Shown here: in pieces, positions 27,336 to 37,012 of the stretch | How the letters are laid out: every line of letters starts with the position of its first letter | Numbering within the stretch: position 1 is the stretch's first letter | From: Bacillota bacterium | GTDB taxonomy: Bacteria > Bacillota > Clostridia > UBA1381 > UMGS1253 | Reading direction: 5' to 3' | NCBI GenBank assembly: GCA_022706785.1 | Contig: JAKJBW010000002.1 | Span: 33,367 to 97,366 of the forward strand | DNA length: 64,000 nucleotides | The notes under the pieces: model-generated | Database searches by the model: none | What the model was told of the DNA's origin: nothing | The model's input: only the letters and a program-made list of their open reading frames with translations | Translations under genes and position numbers: made by a program

Positions 27336-30071
27336 TTATTCCTCACTGCCGCAGCACTTTTTATATTTTTTCCCGCTGCCGCAGGGGCATGGGTAGTTTC
27401 TGCCGACCTTTTCTTTTTTGACAACCGGCTTTTTAGGTTCCGGCTCTCCGCTGCTGCTGTGGGAAGCCATAGTGGGTTTAGCCACCTGTTCGCGCTCAAG
27501 CGTCTTGGGCGCAGGGGCTGCGCCAAGTATAAATTTTATCGTATCATGAGAAATATTTTGCAGCATTTCATCGTACATATCGGAGCCGACAAGGCGGTAC
27601 TCGACCACAGGATCGCGCTGTGCATAGGCATTCAGGCCGATGCCGCTTTTGAGCTGCTCCATGTCGTCAAGGTGATCCATCCATTTGGTATCCACTACCC
27701 GAAGCAGCACAACGCGCTCAAGCTCGGGCAGATCATCGCCGAAGATTTCCTGCTGATGTGCCATGCGCGCATCGGCAAGCTCCCTTAAGCTATCCGCTAT
27801 ATCGTCCTTGGTAAGCCGGTTCAGCTCATCTGTAGTAAACCGGAAGCTGTTTTCAGGCGCATAAAACATTTCGCTTGCAAAGGCCGACAGGCTTTCAAAA
27901 TCCCAGTCTTCCGGAGACGCCGCGCCCGTATACATGGTTACGGCATTGTCTATGGTCTCATACATCATGCGCAAAACAGCTTCGTGCAGATTCTCCCCGT
28001 CAAGCACCTTTTGGCGCTGCGAGTAAATCATTTTGCGCTGCAGATTCATGACCTCGTCGTACTGCAGGACATGCTTTCTGGCGTCAAAGTTTCTGCCCTC
28101 AACCCGCTTTTGCGCATTTTCAATCGCGCCCGACAGCATTTTTGCCTCAATGGGCTGATCGTCCTCCAGACCCAGCCGCTCCACCATGCCGCTTATGCGC
28201 TCAGAGCCGAACAGCCGCATCAGGTCATCCTCAAGCGATATATAAAACCGGGATGTGCCAGGGTCGCCCTGACGGCCCGAACGGCCGCGCAGCTGGTTGT
28301 CGATACGCCGCGATTCGTGCCGCTCAGTACCGATGATGTACAGTCCCCCCGCAGCCACCACAGCCTCCGCTTCGGCAGCGATCTGCTCTTTATATTTTTG
28401 CAGAAGCTGCACAAAGGTTTCGCGTGCGGTGATGATTTCCTGATTATCGGTATCGCCGAAGCCGGTCGCCTCGCTGATCATTTCATCCGAGAATCCCATG
28501 CGCTGCATTTCGGTCTTGGCCATGTATTCCTCGTTGCCGCCAAGCTTGATGTCGGTACCGCGGCCCGCCATGTTCGTCGCAATGGTGACGGCGCCCTTTT
28601 TGCCTGCCTGCGCTACAATTCCGGCTTCTTTTTCGTGGAACTTGGCATTCAAAACCTCGTGCTTTATGCCTCTTCTTTTAAGCAGCTCAGCCAGTTCCTC
28701 CGATTTCTCAATTGAAACGGTACCCACTAAAACCGGCTGCCCTTTTTCGTGGCACTCGGCGATTTGATTGGCCACTGCGTCAAATTTGCTTCTCTCATTT
28801 TTATACACGACATCGGGCAGATCTTTTCTGATCATCTCACGGTTGGTGGGGATCACCACAACATCGAGCTTGTAGATCTGCTGAAACTCCTGCTCTTCTG
28901 TCTGAGCGGTGCCCGTCATACCCGAAAGCTTTTCATATAGCCTGAAGAAATTCTGGAAGGTGATGGTCGCAAGCGTTTTGCTCTCGCGCTCCACCTTGAC
29001 ATGCTCTTTGGCCTCAATCGCCTGATGCAGGCCGTCGGAGTAACGTCTGCCAAACATCAGTCTGCCGGTAAACTCGTCGACAATGATTACCTCACCGTCT
29101 TTGACCACGTATTCGCGGTCACGCTTCATATTGCCGTGTGCCTTGATCGCCTGGTTGACGTGGTGGTTGATGAGCATATTTGAAGGATCGGAAAGATTTT
29201 CTACCGAGAAAAACTCCTCGGCTTTTCTAATACCGCTTTGGGTCAAGGTGGCGGTGTGTGCTTTTTCGTCTACGATATAATCAGCGTCTACGTTATCGTC
29301 TAACTCTTTATCGTCTGTTTTAGCTACGAATTTTGGTTTGAGCTTTTTAGCAAAGCTGTCGGCAAGCTGGTAGAGCTGAGTGGATTTGCCGCTTGCGCCC
29401 GAAATAATAAGCGGCGTTCTCGCTTCGTCAATCAGGATGGAGTCCACTTCGTCCACGATGGCGTAATTCTGGCCCCGCTGTACCATCTGCTCTTTGTAAA
29501 TCACCATGTTGTCACGCAGGTAGTCAAAGCCCAGCTCATTATTGGTGGCATAGGTGATATCCGCGTTATACGCTTCCTTGCGCTCTGTGCTGTCCTTGTC
29601 GTGGACAATAAGTCCCACGGAAAGGCCCAGGAATCTGTAGATTTTGCCCATCCACTCACTGTCGCGCTTGGCAAGGTAATCGTTAACCGTAACGATATGT
29701 ACGCCCTTGCCTGTGAGCGCGTTTAAGTATGCAGGAAGGGTAGACACCAGGGTTTTTCCTTCACCGGTTTTCATTTCCGCTATTCTGCCCTGATGCAAAA
29801 CAATACCGCCCAAGATCTGTACGAAGAACGGCTTCATGCCAAGCACTCGCCAGGCCGCCTCACGCACTACGGCAAACGCTTCGGGCAGCAGGTCGTCTAA
29901 GGTTTCGTCTTCCGCCAGCCTTTTTTTAAACAAATCCGTTTTGCCACGAAGCTCGGCGTCGGACAATGAGCGCATCTGCTCATCGTAGCTTTCTACCTTT
30001 CTGGCAAGCGGTGTGATTCTTTTTATCTCGTGATCCGAGTAGCTTCCGAATATTTTTTCAAGAAACCCCAT
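27336..30071 (-). CDS. secA: preprotein translocase ATPase SecA
   Basis: MKTGEGKTL Walker [30 protein letters not shown] and a C-terminal zinc motif [14 protein letters not shown]. The start is chosen at MGFLEKIFG with an AGAGG RBS. Confidence 0.95.
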   Translation of the reverse strand: MGFLEKIFGSYSDHEIKRITPLARKVESYDEQMRSLSDAELRGKTDLFKKRLAEDETLDDLLPEAFAVVREAAWRVLGMKPFFVQILGGIVLHQGRIAEMKTGEGKTLVSTLPAYLNALTGKGVHIVTVNDYLAKRDSEWMGKIYRFLGLSVGLIVHDKDSTERKEAYNADITYATNNELGFDYLRDNMVIYKEQMVQRGQNYAIVDEVDSILIDEARTPLIISGASGKSTQLYQLADSFAKKLKPKFVAKTDDKELDDNVDADYIVDEKAHTATLTQSGIRKAEEFFSVENLSDPSNMLINHHVNQAIKAHGNMKRDREYVVKDGEVIIVDEFTGRLMFGRRYSDGLHQAIEAKEHVKVERESKTLATITFQNFFRLYEKLSGMTGTAQTEEQEFQQIYKLDVVVIPTNREMIRKDLPDVVYKNERSKFDAVANQIAECHEKGQPVLVGTVSIEKSEELAELLKRRGIKHEVLNAKFHEKEAGIVAQAGKKGAVTIATNMAGRGTDIKLGGNEEYMAKTEMQRMGFSDEMISEATGFGDTDNQEIITARETFVQLLQKYKEQIAAEAEAVVAAGGLYIIGTERHESRRIDNQLRGRSGRQGDPGTSRFYISLEDDLMRLFGSERISGMVERLGLEDDQPIEAKMLSGAIENAQKRVEGRNFDARKHVLQYDEVMNLQRKMIYSQRQKVLDGENLHEAVLRMMYETIDNAVTMYTGAASPEDWDFESLSAFASEMFYAPENSFRFTTDELNRLTKDDIADSLRELADARMAHQQEIFGDDLPELERVVLLRVVDTKWMDHLDDMEQLKSGIGLNAYAQRDPVVEYRLVGSDMYDEMLQNISHDTIKFILGAAPAPKTLEREQVAKPTMASHSSSGEPEPKKPVVKKEKVGRNYPCPCGSGKKYKKCCGSEE

Positions 30072-30336
30072 ATCAAACACCTCTGTTTTCTGTCCGGCAC
30101 AGCCGGCATTTCTCTTTTTAACCTTCTGTGCCAAATCAAACTAACCAATATTATACCACCAAATGGTCTGTATTACTACTGTTTTTTATGAATATACTGT
30201 GAATTTACCATACTATGCCATACCCTGTTAAAGCAGTGCTGAATAAAACCGGCAAAAAAACCGTACAATACAGTATCGCCACTTTGAAATTAAAAACCAG
30301 CTGCGCTTACATGGCTCGTGATTCCAATACATATAC

Positions 30337-30364
30337 TGGACAACGGCGCGCAATGTGGTATAAT
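30337..30364 (+). promoter_or_regulatory. candidate extended -10 promoter upstream of the AI-2E transporter gene
   Basis: TGGACA, 16-nt spacer, TGgTATAAT. Confidence 0.4.
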
Positions 30365-30489
30365 AAATGCAATCCATAATACAAAGCCTTTCGGCTTTGC
30401 TTTACGCATTTATTGTATCGGTGTTCGGCCCTGATATTTTATTTTAGAGAATATGTTATCCTAATAGAAACGGAGATGAGGATAAGCAG

Positions 30490-31659
30490 ATGCAAGACGG
30501 AAAAAACAACCTGCTCCCCACGAAAAAGGATGTGGATTCGGCGCCCAAGGGGACATTACTCCTTGTGACCTATGCCGTTATTTTGATTGTGGCGCTTTTA
30601 AACCTGAACGCCACGCTGTCGTTTATAGGCTGGCTTACGGCTATGTTCACCCCGTTTTTGGTAGGCCTTTTTATTGCTTTTATCCTTAATATTATCATCA
30701 TGCGGCTTGAAAATCATGTTTTTAAATTTTTAAACAAGCCGAAATATAAATTATGGCGTAAAATAAAACGGCCGGTGTGTCTTTTGGCGGCAATCATTTT
30801 GGTGTCTCTGATCATTTCGGCGCTCTTGTTTTTTATCGTGCCGCAGTTGGGAAAAAGCCTTGATCTGCTGGCCAAAAATATTCCGGCTTATGTGGGATAC
30901 ATGCAGGAAAAGGCATATCGTTTTTTTGACGGTTTAAAGCTGTCGGAGCATGGGCTGGGCAATCTCGAGCTTGACTGGAATGCCATGATTGCGCGAGCCG
31001 GCGACTGGGCGGCAGGAATATCGCCTAAGGTGTTCACATTTGCTAGTGGGCTTACCTCAGGGCTGTTCAATTTTATCATGGGTGTGGTCTTTGCGGTCTA
31101 CCTGCTGCTCAGCAAGGAAAGTCTGCTCTATAGCCTGAAAAAGGCACTGTATGCGTTTTTGCCCAGACGCTTCGTTGTGCGGGTGTATGAAGTGGGTGCG
31201 CTTTCGAATAAAATATTTTCCAGCTTTGTGGTGGGCCAGCTTACCGAAGCGGTGATATTGGGGACTATGTACTTTATCGGCACAAGCATTTTCGGTATGC
31301 CGTATGCGTCGCTGATCAGCACGCTGATGGCGGTGTGCAGCCTTATTCCTCTGTTCGGGCCCTTGCTTGGCGCCCTGCCGTCTGTACTTATTCTGGTGAT
31401 GGGCAGCCCCAAAGACGCCATCATTTTCGCTATCATGGCAATTGTGTTTCAGCAGATTGAGGGGAATTTCATATATCCTAAGATAGTAGGCAATTCTGTG
31501 GGGCTGCCGGGCATGTGGGTGCTATTGGCGCTGCTGGCGGGCGGCTATCTTTTCGGAGCTGTAGGCATGATCCTTTCGGTGCCGATCTGCTCCGTGCTCT
31601 ACTCCATTTTCCGCACAATGGTGGACAAACGGCTGGAGGAAAGAAAAATTAATTTATAG
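30490..31659 (+). CDS. AI-2E family (PerM/UPF0118) transporter
   Basis: Multi-TM protein with the C-terminal pattern QQIEGNFIYPKIVGNSVGLPGMWVLLALL..G..FG..GMILSVP typical of AI-2E. Confidence 0.75.
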   Translation: MQDGKNNLLPTKKDVDSAPKGTLLLVTYAVILIVALLNLNATLSFIGWLTAMFTPFLVGLFIAFILNIIIMRLENHVFKFLNKPKYKLWRKIKRPVCLLAAIILVSLIISALLFFIVPQLGKSLDLLAKNIPAYVGYMQEKAYRFFDGLKLSEHGLGNLELDWNAMIARAGDWAAGISPKVFTFASGLTSGLFNFIMGVVFAVYLLLSKESLLYSLKKALYAFLPRRFVVRVYEVGALSNKIFSSFVVGQLTEAVILGTMYFIGTSIFGMPYASLISTLMAVCSLIPLFGPLLGALPSVLILVMGSPKDAIIFAIMAIVFQQIEGNFIYPKIVGNSVGLPGMWVLLALLAGGYLFGAVGMILSVPICSVLYSIFRTMVDKRLEERKINL

Positions 31660-31725
31660 CTTATCATGACAGGACAAAAAAGCGCGCCGTTTGGTCAAAC
31701 GGCGCGCTTGCTTATCATACAGCTA

Positions 31726-33153
31726 TCATTTACTTTCCTTCCAGACGTATATTGCCCAGTCCTCCGCTCCGGCAGGGCGCTCAAAGCTGCGCACAGCACC
31801 GCCCTTTACCGTTTGCTTGGGACCAAACTCTCCCGTTTTGGTATTGTATGTCTGATAAGACAGCTTACCTTTGGTTTCCTTTAAGTTTAAGGTAATACTT
31901 TCATCGTTGAGAATGTAGGCGAAGCAGGACGAGCCTTTTTCATACAGGCAGGAATTTTTGCCGCTGTTGCTCACAATATCGCGGTCAGGCGGCATCTGCC
32001 AGAACTTGATACCCGATGTGCTTATAAAATCGGACAGATATTTATAGTATGTCATTTTTTGCTGGTCAGGCGCGTTCTTCCAATAATCGCCCGTGAATCC
32101 GGTCCAGCCTCCGCTGCCGCCTGCAAAAGCGTACCACACCGCTTTGCGATTGTCATCGGCGCCTTTGCTCATCAGTTCGGGGCCGTCGGTGTCTTCCCAA
32201 TAAACGTAATTTTTCCCCACATTACCGCCCGTTAAGCGCTTAACCTCATCATAGGTGTCGGCGGCATGGGTTGTGAGTCCGTCAAGGGTCGTACCGGGTG
32301 TCTCTTTCCACTGCACCTGGGAAATTGCTCGCGGGCTTTTTTCCCTGATATATCCTGCCATGGCATCGGCCCACGCGGTTGGGGCATTAATTTCATTGCC
32401 CAGCTCATAAAACACATTGTCGTAAGGCGCGCATTCCTCAATGGTTTTATCGATCAACTTCTTTTGATAATATCCTACGCCGGTGTTATTGTTGAAATCG
32501 TCTAAACGGAAAAAGCCGCTTGCTTCATTGACATTGTTATCCATGTCCAGATCCAGATCCCCATAAAAATCCCTGACCTGATTATCAATGTTCCAAAAAG
32601 ATATGGGCCAGGCTTGAGCCGGCGCCGCTATAAACCATCCGTCAAATATGGCAACATGTACTATTACGCCTCTGTCTTTTGCATATTGCAAATGGTAACG
32701 CAACCCTTCCCAGAATTTGGGATCCCACTGGTCCAGATCGGCTTTGCCGTTGACATAGGCAAAGGGGGTGCGTCTTACGCCGGTATAGTTTTTGGAACTG
32801 GTTGAAGAATCGGCATAAGTCTCACCGAGGCTGATCCGGATATAGTTCAGATGATTGGCGTAGGCATCGTCGATCATCCTGACATATGTGGCCGCAGGCG
32901 CTTCATAACCATCAGTATTGACCGCCGCCCAGGCATAATAGCCGAGCAAAAATACGGGATTGCCCTGCGCATCCTGGAAATAGCGGCCGGACGCGTGTTT
33001 TGTGATATTTCCGGTTGCGGGCGAGGAAAGCTGCTGCTGCGGCGCCTCAGCGGGCCGCGCAAAAAACAATACGGTGAGTGTAATAAGCGCTATTAGAAGC
33101 AAAACCCAAACAAAGATTGCCCATTTAAAGCTGCGTTTTTTTTCAGATGCCAT
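31726..33153 (-). CDS. membrane-anchored putative glycoside hydrolase (GH5-like TIM barrel)
   Basis: N-terminal TM anchor after the ATG at 33153 (RBS AAGGGGGG). FYELGNEINAP resembles the GH clan-A acid/base NE motif. The assignment is tentative. Confidence 0.45.
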   Translation of the reverse strand: MASEKKRSFKWAIFVWVLLLIALITLTVLFFARPAEAPQQQLSSPATGNITKHASGRYFQDAQGNPVFLLGYYAWAAVNTDGYEAPAATYVRMIDDAYANHLNYIRISLGETYADSSTSSKNYTGVRRTPFAYVNGKADLDQWDPKFWEGLRYHLQYAKDRGVIVHVAIFDGWFIAAPAQAWPISFWNIDNQVRDFYGDLDLDMDNNVNEASGFFRLDDFNNNTGVGYYQKKLIDKTIEECAPYDNVFYELGNEINAPTAWADAMAGYIREKSPRAISQVQWKETPGTTLDGLTTHAADTYDEVKRLTGGNVGKNYVYWEDTDGPELMSKGADDNRKAVWYAFAGGSGGWTGFTGDYWKNAPDQQKMTYYKYLSDFISTSGIKFWQMPPDRDIVSNSGKNSCLYEKGSSCFAYILNDESITLNLKETKGKLSYQTYNTKTGEFGPKQTVKGGAVRSFERPAGAEDWAIYVWKESK

Positions 33154-33260
33154 ATGTAATACCCCCCTTGTGAAACAGAATAATATGATACAGGCGCCGA
33201 AAACGGCGCCTAATCTCACAAGACAAATTTTCAATATTAAAAGCAACCGTAAGAGACCCG

Positions 33261-33437
33261 TTATTTAAATTTGCGCTTCCGGGCCGCCTCAGATTTTTTC
33301 TTACGCTTAACGCTGGGCTTTTCATAATGTTCCCTTTTTCTCATTTCGGTTAAAATCCCCGATTTAGCACACTGGCGTTTGAATCTGCGCAACGCATTAT
33401 CTAAAGATTCGTTGTCTTTAACTCTGATTTCAGACAT
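33261..33437 (-). CDS. rpsU: 30S ribosomal protein S21
   Basis: Manual translation gives [58 protein letters not shown] (58 aa, below the track cut-off). RBS GGAGGGAGGGG. Confidence 0.9.
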   Translation of the reverse strand: MSEIRVKDNESLDNALRRFKRQCAKSGILTEMRKREHYEKPSVKRKKKSEAARKRKFK

Positions 33438-33747
33438 TTTATTCCCCTCCCTCCACTACTATGTACATAATAGTGTTACCTTGTCTGACTATGGGGACAA
33501 GATATAACAAAATCTACCCTAGATTATAACCTATGCTTATGCATTATGTCAATAACAAAATCCATATTTCTTTTTTTTAAGTGCCGCCGGAGTGACAAAA
33601 CACATAAACGGCGCTCACCATTTATTATACAAAAAGGAATGGTATTCTATTCCACAAAAATTTTAATATACGATGTTGCGCGGGCAGGTGGTACGGTATA
33701 TAATGCTGGTATAACAAGCGGCATACAGCCGCGGAGGAGAGAAGCGC

Positions 33748-34353
33748 TTGATTAAGATAAAAGAAGCCATTGTTGTTGAAGGCGTGTATGATAAGATAAG
33801 GCTGGGCTCGGTTGTGGATACGCTCATTTTAACAACAGAAGGTTTCGGTATTTTCCGGGATAAAGAAAAGGTGCAGCTTTTGCGCAAGCTTGCCAAGGAA
33901 ACGGGCTTGATCATTTTTACCGACCCCGATAGGGCGGGCTTTGCCATCCGCAGCTATATCAAGCAGGGACTTGACGCCGATGGCGTCAGGCATGCGTTTA
34001 TACCGGATATATACGGCAAGGAAAGGCGTAAGCAGGCAGCGTCAAAGGAGGGCAAGCTGGGGGTAGAGGGCGCAGACGGGGAGCTGATCGTAAGCGCACT
34101 GTTAAAATCGGGCGCTACGGTGATTTCCCAGAAAAGTGGCAGCGCAGCCGCCCGGCAAAAAGAAAAAGGCGCCATAACCAAAGCGGATTTTTATGCGGAT
34201 GGACTGACAGGAAGAGGCGGAAGCGCGCAGAAACGGCGCAGGCTTGCGGCCTGTCTTGAGCTTCCGCAGCGTATCTCGGCAAATATGCTTTTGGATGTGG
34301 TAAACCTGCTGCTCACCCCGGAGGCTTATAAGGAAATGGTACGCCGGCTCTAA
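33748..34353 (+). CDS. Toprim-domain protein (RNase M5-like N-terminus)
   Basis: IKIKEAIVVEGVYDKIRL and IIFTDPDRAG are Toprim-like acidic motifs. Starts at TTG. Confidence 0.55.
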   Translation: MIKIKEAIVVEGVYDKIRLGSVVDTLILTTEGFGIFRDKEKVQLLRKLAKETGLIIFTDPDRAGFAIRSYIKQGLDADGVRHAFIPDIYGKERRKQAASKEGKLGVEGADGELIVSALLKSGATVISQKSGSAAARQKEKGAITKADFYADGLTGRGGSAQKRRRLAACLELPQRISANMLLDVVNLLLTPEAYKEMVRRL

Positions 34354-34410
34354 GCCCAATATGTCTCACACAGCGCCTGTATCCGTGAAGGAAGTCAAAA
34401 TGCCGGGCAC

Positions 34411-35178
34411 TTAAATATTTTCAATCTGCCAGTCAACAGGAGAATAGCCCATATCTTTGAGAAGCGCATTGGTGCGTGAAAAGTGACGGCAGCCGAAAAA
34501 GCCTCTGCTTGCGGACAACGGGCTGGGATGCGGGGCGACAAGAACGGCGTGCTTGGGATTTGTGATCAATGCCGCTTTTTCCTTTGCATTTGCGCCCCAA
34601 AGCAGAAAAACAATGCCCTTATCGTTTTTCACGGCAGCTTTAGGCGGCTGGGGTGAGGGGGGTGCGTCAAACAGGGTGAACGCCCCGCCTTCGTCATGAG
34701 CCTCGGCCAGCGCGGGTCTGTCGTTTAAAAGCTGTATGATCCTGCTTGTGAACAGCTCCCAGCCCTTATTGCGGTGGGAATTGGCCTCGCCTGCCCGCAC
34801 GGTAAGGGAGGCATTCAGAAGCAGAACGCCCTGCCTTGCCCATTTCTCAAGAAAACCGTTATTGGGGATATAACAACCGCAGTCGCTGTGCAGCTCTGAA
34901 AACATGTTCATGAGTGAGGGGGGAATATCTATTCCTTTTTGTACTGAGAAAGCGAGGCCGTGCGCCTGGTTCGGACCATGATACGGATCCTGGCCCAGGA
35001 TAACCACCTTCACATCACTAAAGGCTGTAAGCTCTAATGCGTGAAATATGGCGTACATATCAGGATAAATCTTATGTGTGCGGTATTCGGCCGCCAGAAA
35101 GCCGCGAAGCTGCTGGTAGTACGGCTTATCAAATTCACCCGCCAGCACAGCATCCCAGTCATTTCTAAAGTTTACCAC
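34411..35178 (-). CDS. ung: uracil-DNA glycosylase (family 1)
   Basis: GQDPYHGPNQAHGLAFSV and HPSPLSASRGFFGC motifs are present. It contains an extra ~28-aa segment before GIVFLLWG. Confidence 0.9.
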   Translation of the reverse strand: MVNFRNDWDAVLAGEFDKPYYQQLRGFLAAEYRTHKIYPDMYAIFHALELTAFSDVKVVILGQDPYHGPNQAHGLAFSVQKGIDIPPSLMNMFSELHSDCGCYIPNNGFLEKWARQGVLLLNASLTVRAGEANSHRNKGWELFTSRIIQLLNDRPALAEAHDEGGAFTLFDAPPSPQPPKAAVKNDKGIVFLLWGANAKEKAALITNPKHAVLVAPHPSPLSASRGFFGCRHFSRTNALLKDMGYSPVDWQIENI

Positions 35179-35227
35179 AGCTCATCACTCCAATCTGTTA
35201 TTTTTATGGCGCCAACTGAACACACCA

Positions 35228-36421
35228 TCAAATGCCGTTATATACGCTGACGTTTAAAATGATATCCGCCTGCGCGGCTTTTTCATCCATAACCGCGTTG
35301 TAGCGGTCGTTTCTGATGATATTGTATATGTCATTCTTTACGCTTTCAAACGGCTGATATACCGTCATCTTATCCACGACATATACAATATGGTAGCCAA
35401 GCTCACTTTCAAACACCGGCGACATTTCGCCGGGCTTAAGCGAAAACGCAGTATCTTCGAAAACCTTTGCAAATTCGCCGCGGGCGAACAGATAGCCGTC
35501 GGGATTGGTTTTAAGGCCGGGGTCCTCGGAATATTTAAACATCTGTTCATCGAATGTTTTGGCGCCGGATTTGATTTCGGCTAAAATATCATTCATCTTC
35601 TCCTTCAGTTTGGCCTTTGCGGAATCGGGCAGGGGGTAGCCGGCTTCGTCAGTGGTTTTAAGCAGGATATGCTTTGCTTTCACCTTTTCTACAAGATAGG
35701 CGTCCTTATGCGCGTCATAGTACTCGCGGATGGTATCTTCGGAAACCAGGTCTGTCATCACATCCATAAGTTTAGAGCGAAGCGCGTAATATTCTTGGAG
35801 TGAATAGTAAACGTCGTAGCTGATCCCGTTTTTCTCAAGCTCTGCGGTAAATTTGTCCAGACCGCCGTAATTGCTTGCGAAGACATTGATCTTATCCTCA
35901 ATCATGGTTTTGTCCGAGGCGCTGAGCGTAATGCGCAGATCCTCACAGAATTGCTGTGTGACACAAATTTTGACGACCTCGTTTTTTACAAATTCCTTGA
36001 ACTGATTCTTTTGAGAACCGGAAAGCTCACGTATGCCGGAATTCAGTTTGTACCAGTTAATCATCTGTGTGAAATAGTTTAGGCGTACCGGCTGGCCGTT
36101 GACCAAAAAGGCAACTTCCTTGCTCATCATCTGGACAGCTTCTTTATCATCGATATGTATTTCATTGACGTTGCTGTCGTAGCGCACCGCTTTGCCCAGC
36201 AGCCCGGCAAAGTGACGCAAGGGCACATATGTCCGGTTGTCATAGAGCATGCTTTCCATATCTACCTGCTCGCCGTCTATAAATATTTTTGCGGAGCCTG
36301 TCTGCACAGTGATAGTTTGATACAGATCATCAGCGTATGCAAATGTGGCAGTCAGAACGGCACAGGCCAAAAAGCCTGCCAGGAATCCTTTAATATTATG
36401 AAACCTCTTCATATCCATCAC
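35228..36421 (-). CDS. secreted parvulin-type peptidyl-prolyl isomerase (PrsA-like) with an N-terminal stalk-like domain
   Basis: Signal peptide. The region DGEQVDMESMLYDNRTYVPLRHFAGLLG resembles a copper-amine-oxidase N-terminal-like domain. PPIC motifs are KAKHILLKT...FSLKPGEMSPVFESELGYHIVYV. Confidence 0.7.
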   Translation of the reverse strand: MMDMKRFHNIKGFLAGFLACAVLTATFAYADDLYQTITVQTGSAKIFIDGEQVDMESMLYDNRTYVPLRHFAGLLGKAVRYDSNVNEIHIDDKEAVQMMSKEVAFLVNGQPVRLNYFTQMINWYKLNSGIRELSGSQKNQFKEFVKNEVVKICVTQQFCEDLRITLSASDKTMIEDKINVFASNYGGLDKFTAELEKNGISYDVYYSLQEYYALRSKLMDVMTDLVSEDTIREYYDAHKDAYLVEKVKAKHILLKTTDEAGYPLPDSAKAKLKEKMNDILAEIKSGAKTFDEQMFKYSEDPGLKTNPDGYLFARGEFAKVFEDTAFSLKPGEMSPVFESELGYHIVYVVDKMTVYQPFESVKNDIYNIIRNDRYNAVMDEKAAQADIILNVSVYNGI

Positions 36422-36663
36422 CCTGACATAGGTATTTTAATTCAATCCTATTATAACACGAGGCGCGCTTTCTGCAAAGAGGGGTCACCGGGCGGGTTTC
36501 GCCGTAAAAGCGGAAAAAATGGCACAGCGGCGGCGTTTTTTACGATATTTTACAGTTTGGTTACGCAAATCAAACAATATGATGTAAAGCAAAAAACTTG
36601 CAAATTTTAATATTATGTAAATGAGGTTTTTGTGTATAATTGCCTGGGTTTTTCAGGAATTCA

Positions 36664-36798
36664 TGTGGATAACCATGTGAATATGTGTCTAAACGCAGGG
36701 TTTGGAGCGGGATTTTATAAAACAGGTGTGGAAAAGCATGTGGATAAGTGGATAAACAAATGTTTTGTAATAAATTCGTAAAGATATTATGTGAACAA
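36664..36798 (+). promoter_or_regulatory. cluster of same-orientation DnaA boxes (TGTGGATAA)
   Basis: Perfect 9-mers at 36664..36672 and 36739..36747. One-mismatch boxes at 36727..36735 (TGTGGAAAA) and 36747..36755 (AGTGGATAA). Two-mismatch boxes at 36676..36684 and 36790..36798. Confidence 0.65.
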
Positions 36799-36890
36799 AA
36801 TCCGCTGTATTTTTTACCGGACTGCGCAGACTGTGCAAACGTCGTCACCAGGTGTATCCAAAATGTAACACAGTTACAATATAATAAAAC

Positions 36891-36920
36891 TTGACGGAAT
36901 TTGTCATAGCGTGTTATAGT
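36891..36920 (+). promoter_or_regulatory. candidate sigma-A-type promoter of the second SLH-protein gene
   Basis: TTGACG, 18-nt spacer, TATAGT. Confidence 0.4.
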
Positions 36921-37012
36921 ATTACCTAGGAATGCGGCACAGCTATGGTAATTGGGAAGCATTAAGGGACAGGCCGCCTGATTGTGAAAACTTTACATAG
37001 GAGGAAATGAAT

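Noticed and set aside
36570-36962. A 130-aa minus-strand ORF in the long intergenic region.
   Set aside because: It has no RBS and odd composition. Its repeated YPH/STYPH segments are simply the translation of the DnaA boxes.
36422-37012. The DnaA-box cluster might be the chromosomal replication origin oriC.
   Set aside because: No dnaA, dnaN or rpmH, and no gyrB/recF-type origin-proximal gene, lies nearby. I saw no obvious DnaA-trio or classic 13-mer-type unwinding repeats. Flanking genes do not show the strand switch expected at an origin. It is kept as a non-origin DnaA-box cluster finding instead.
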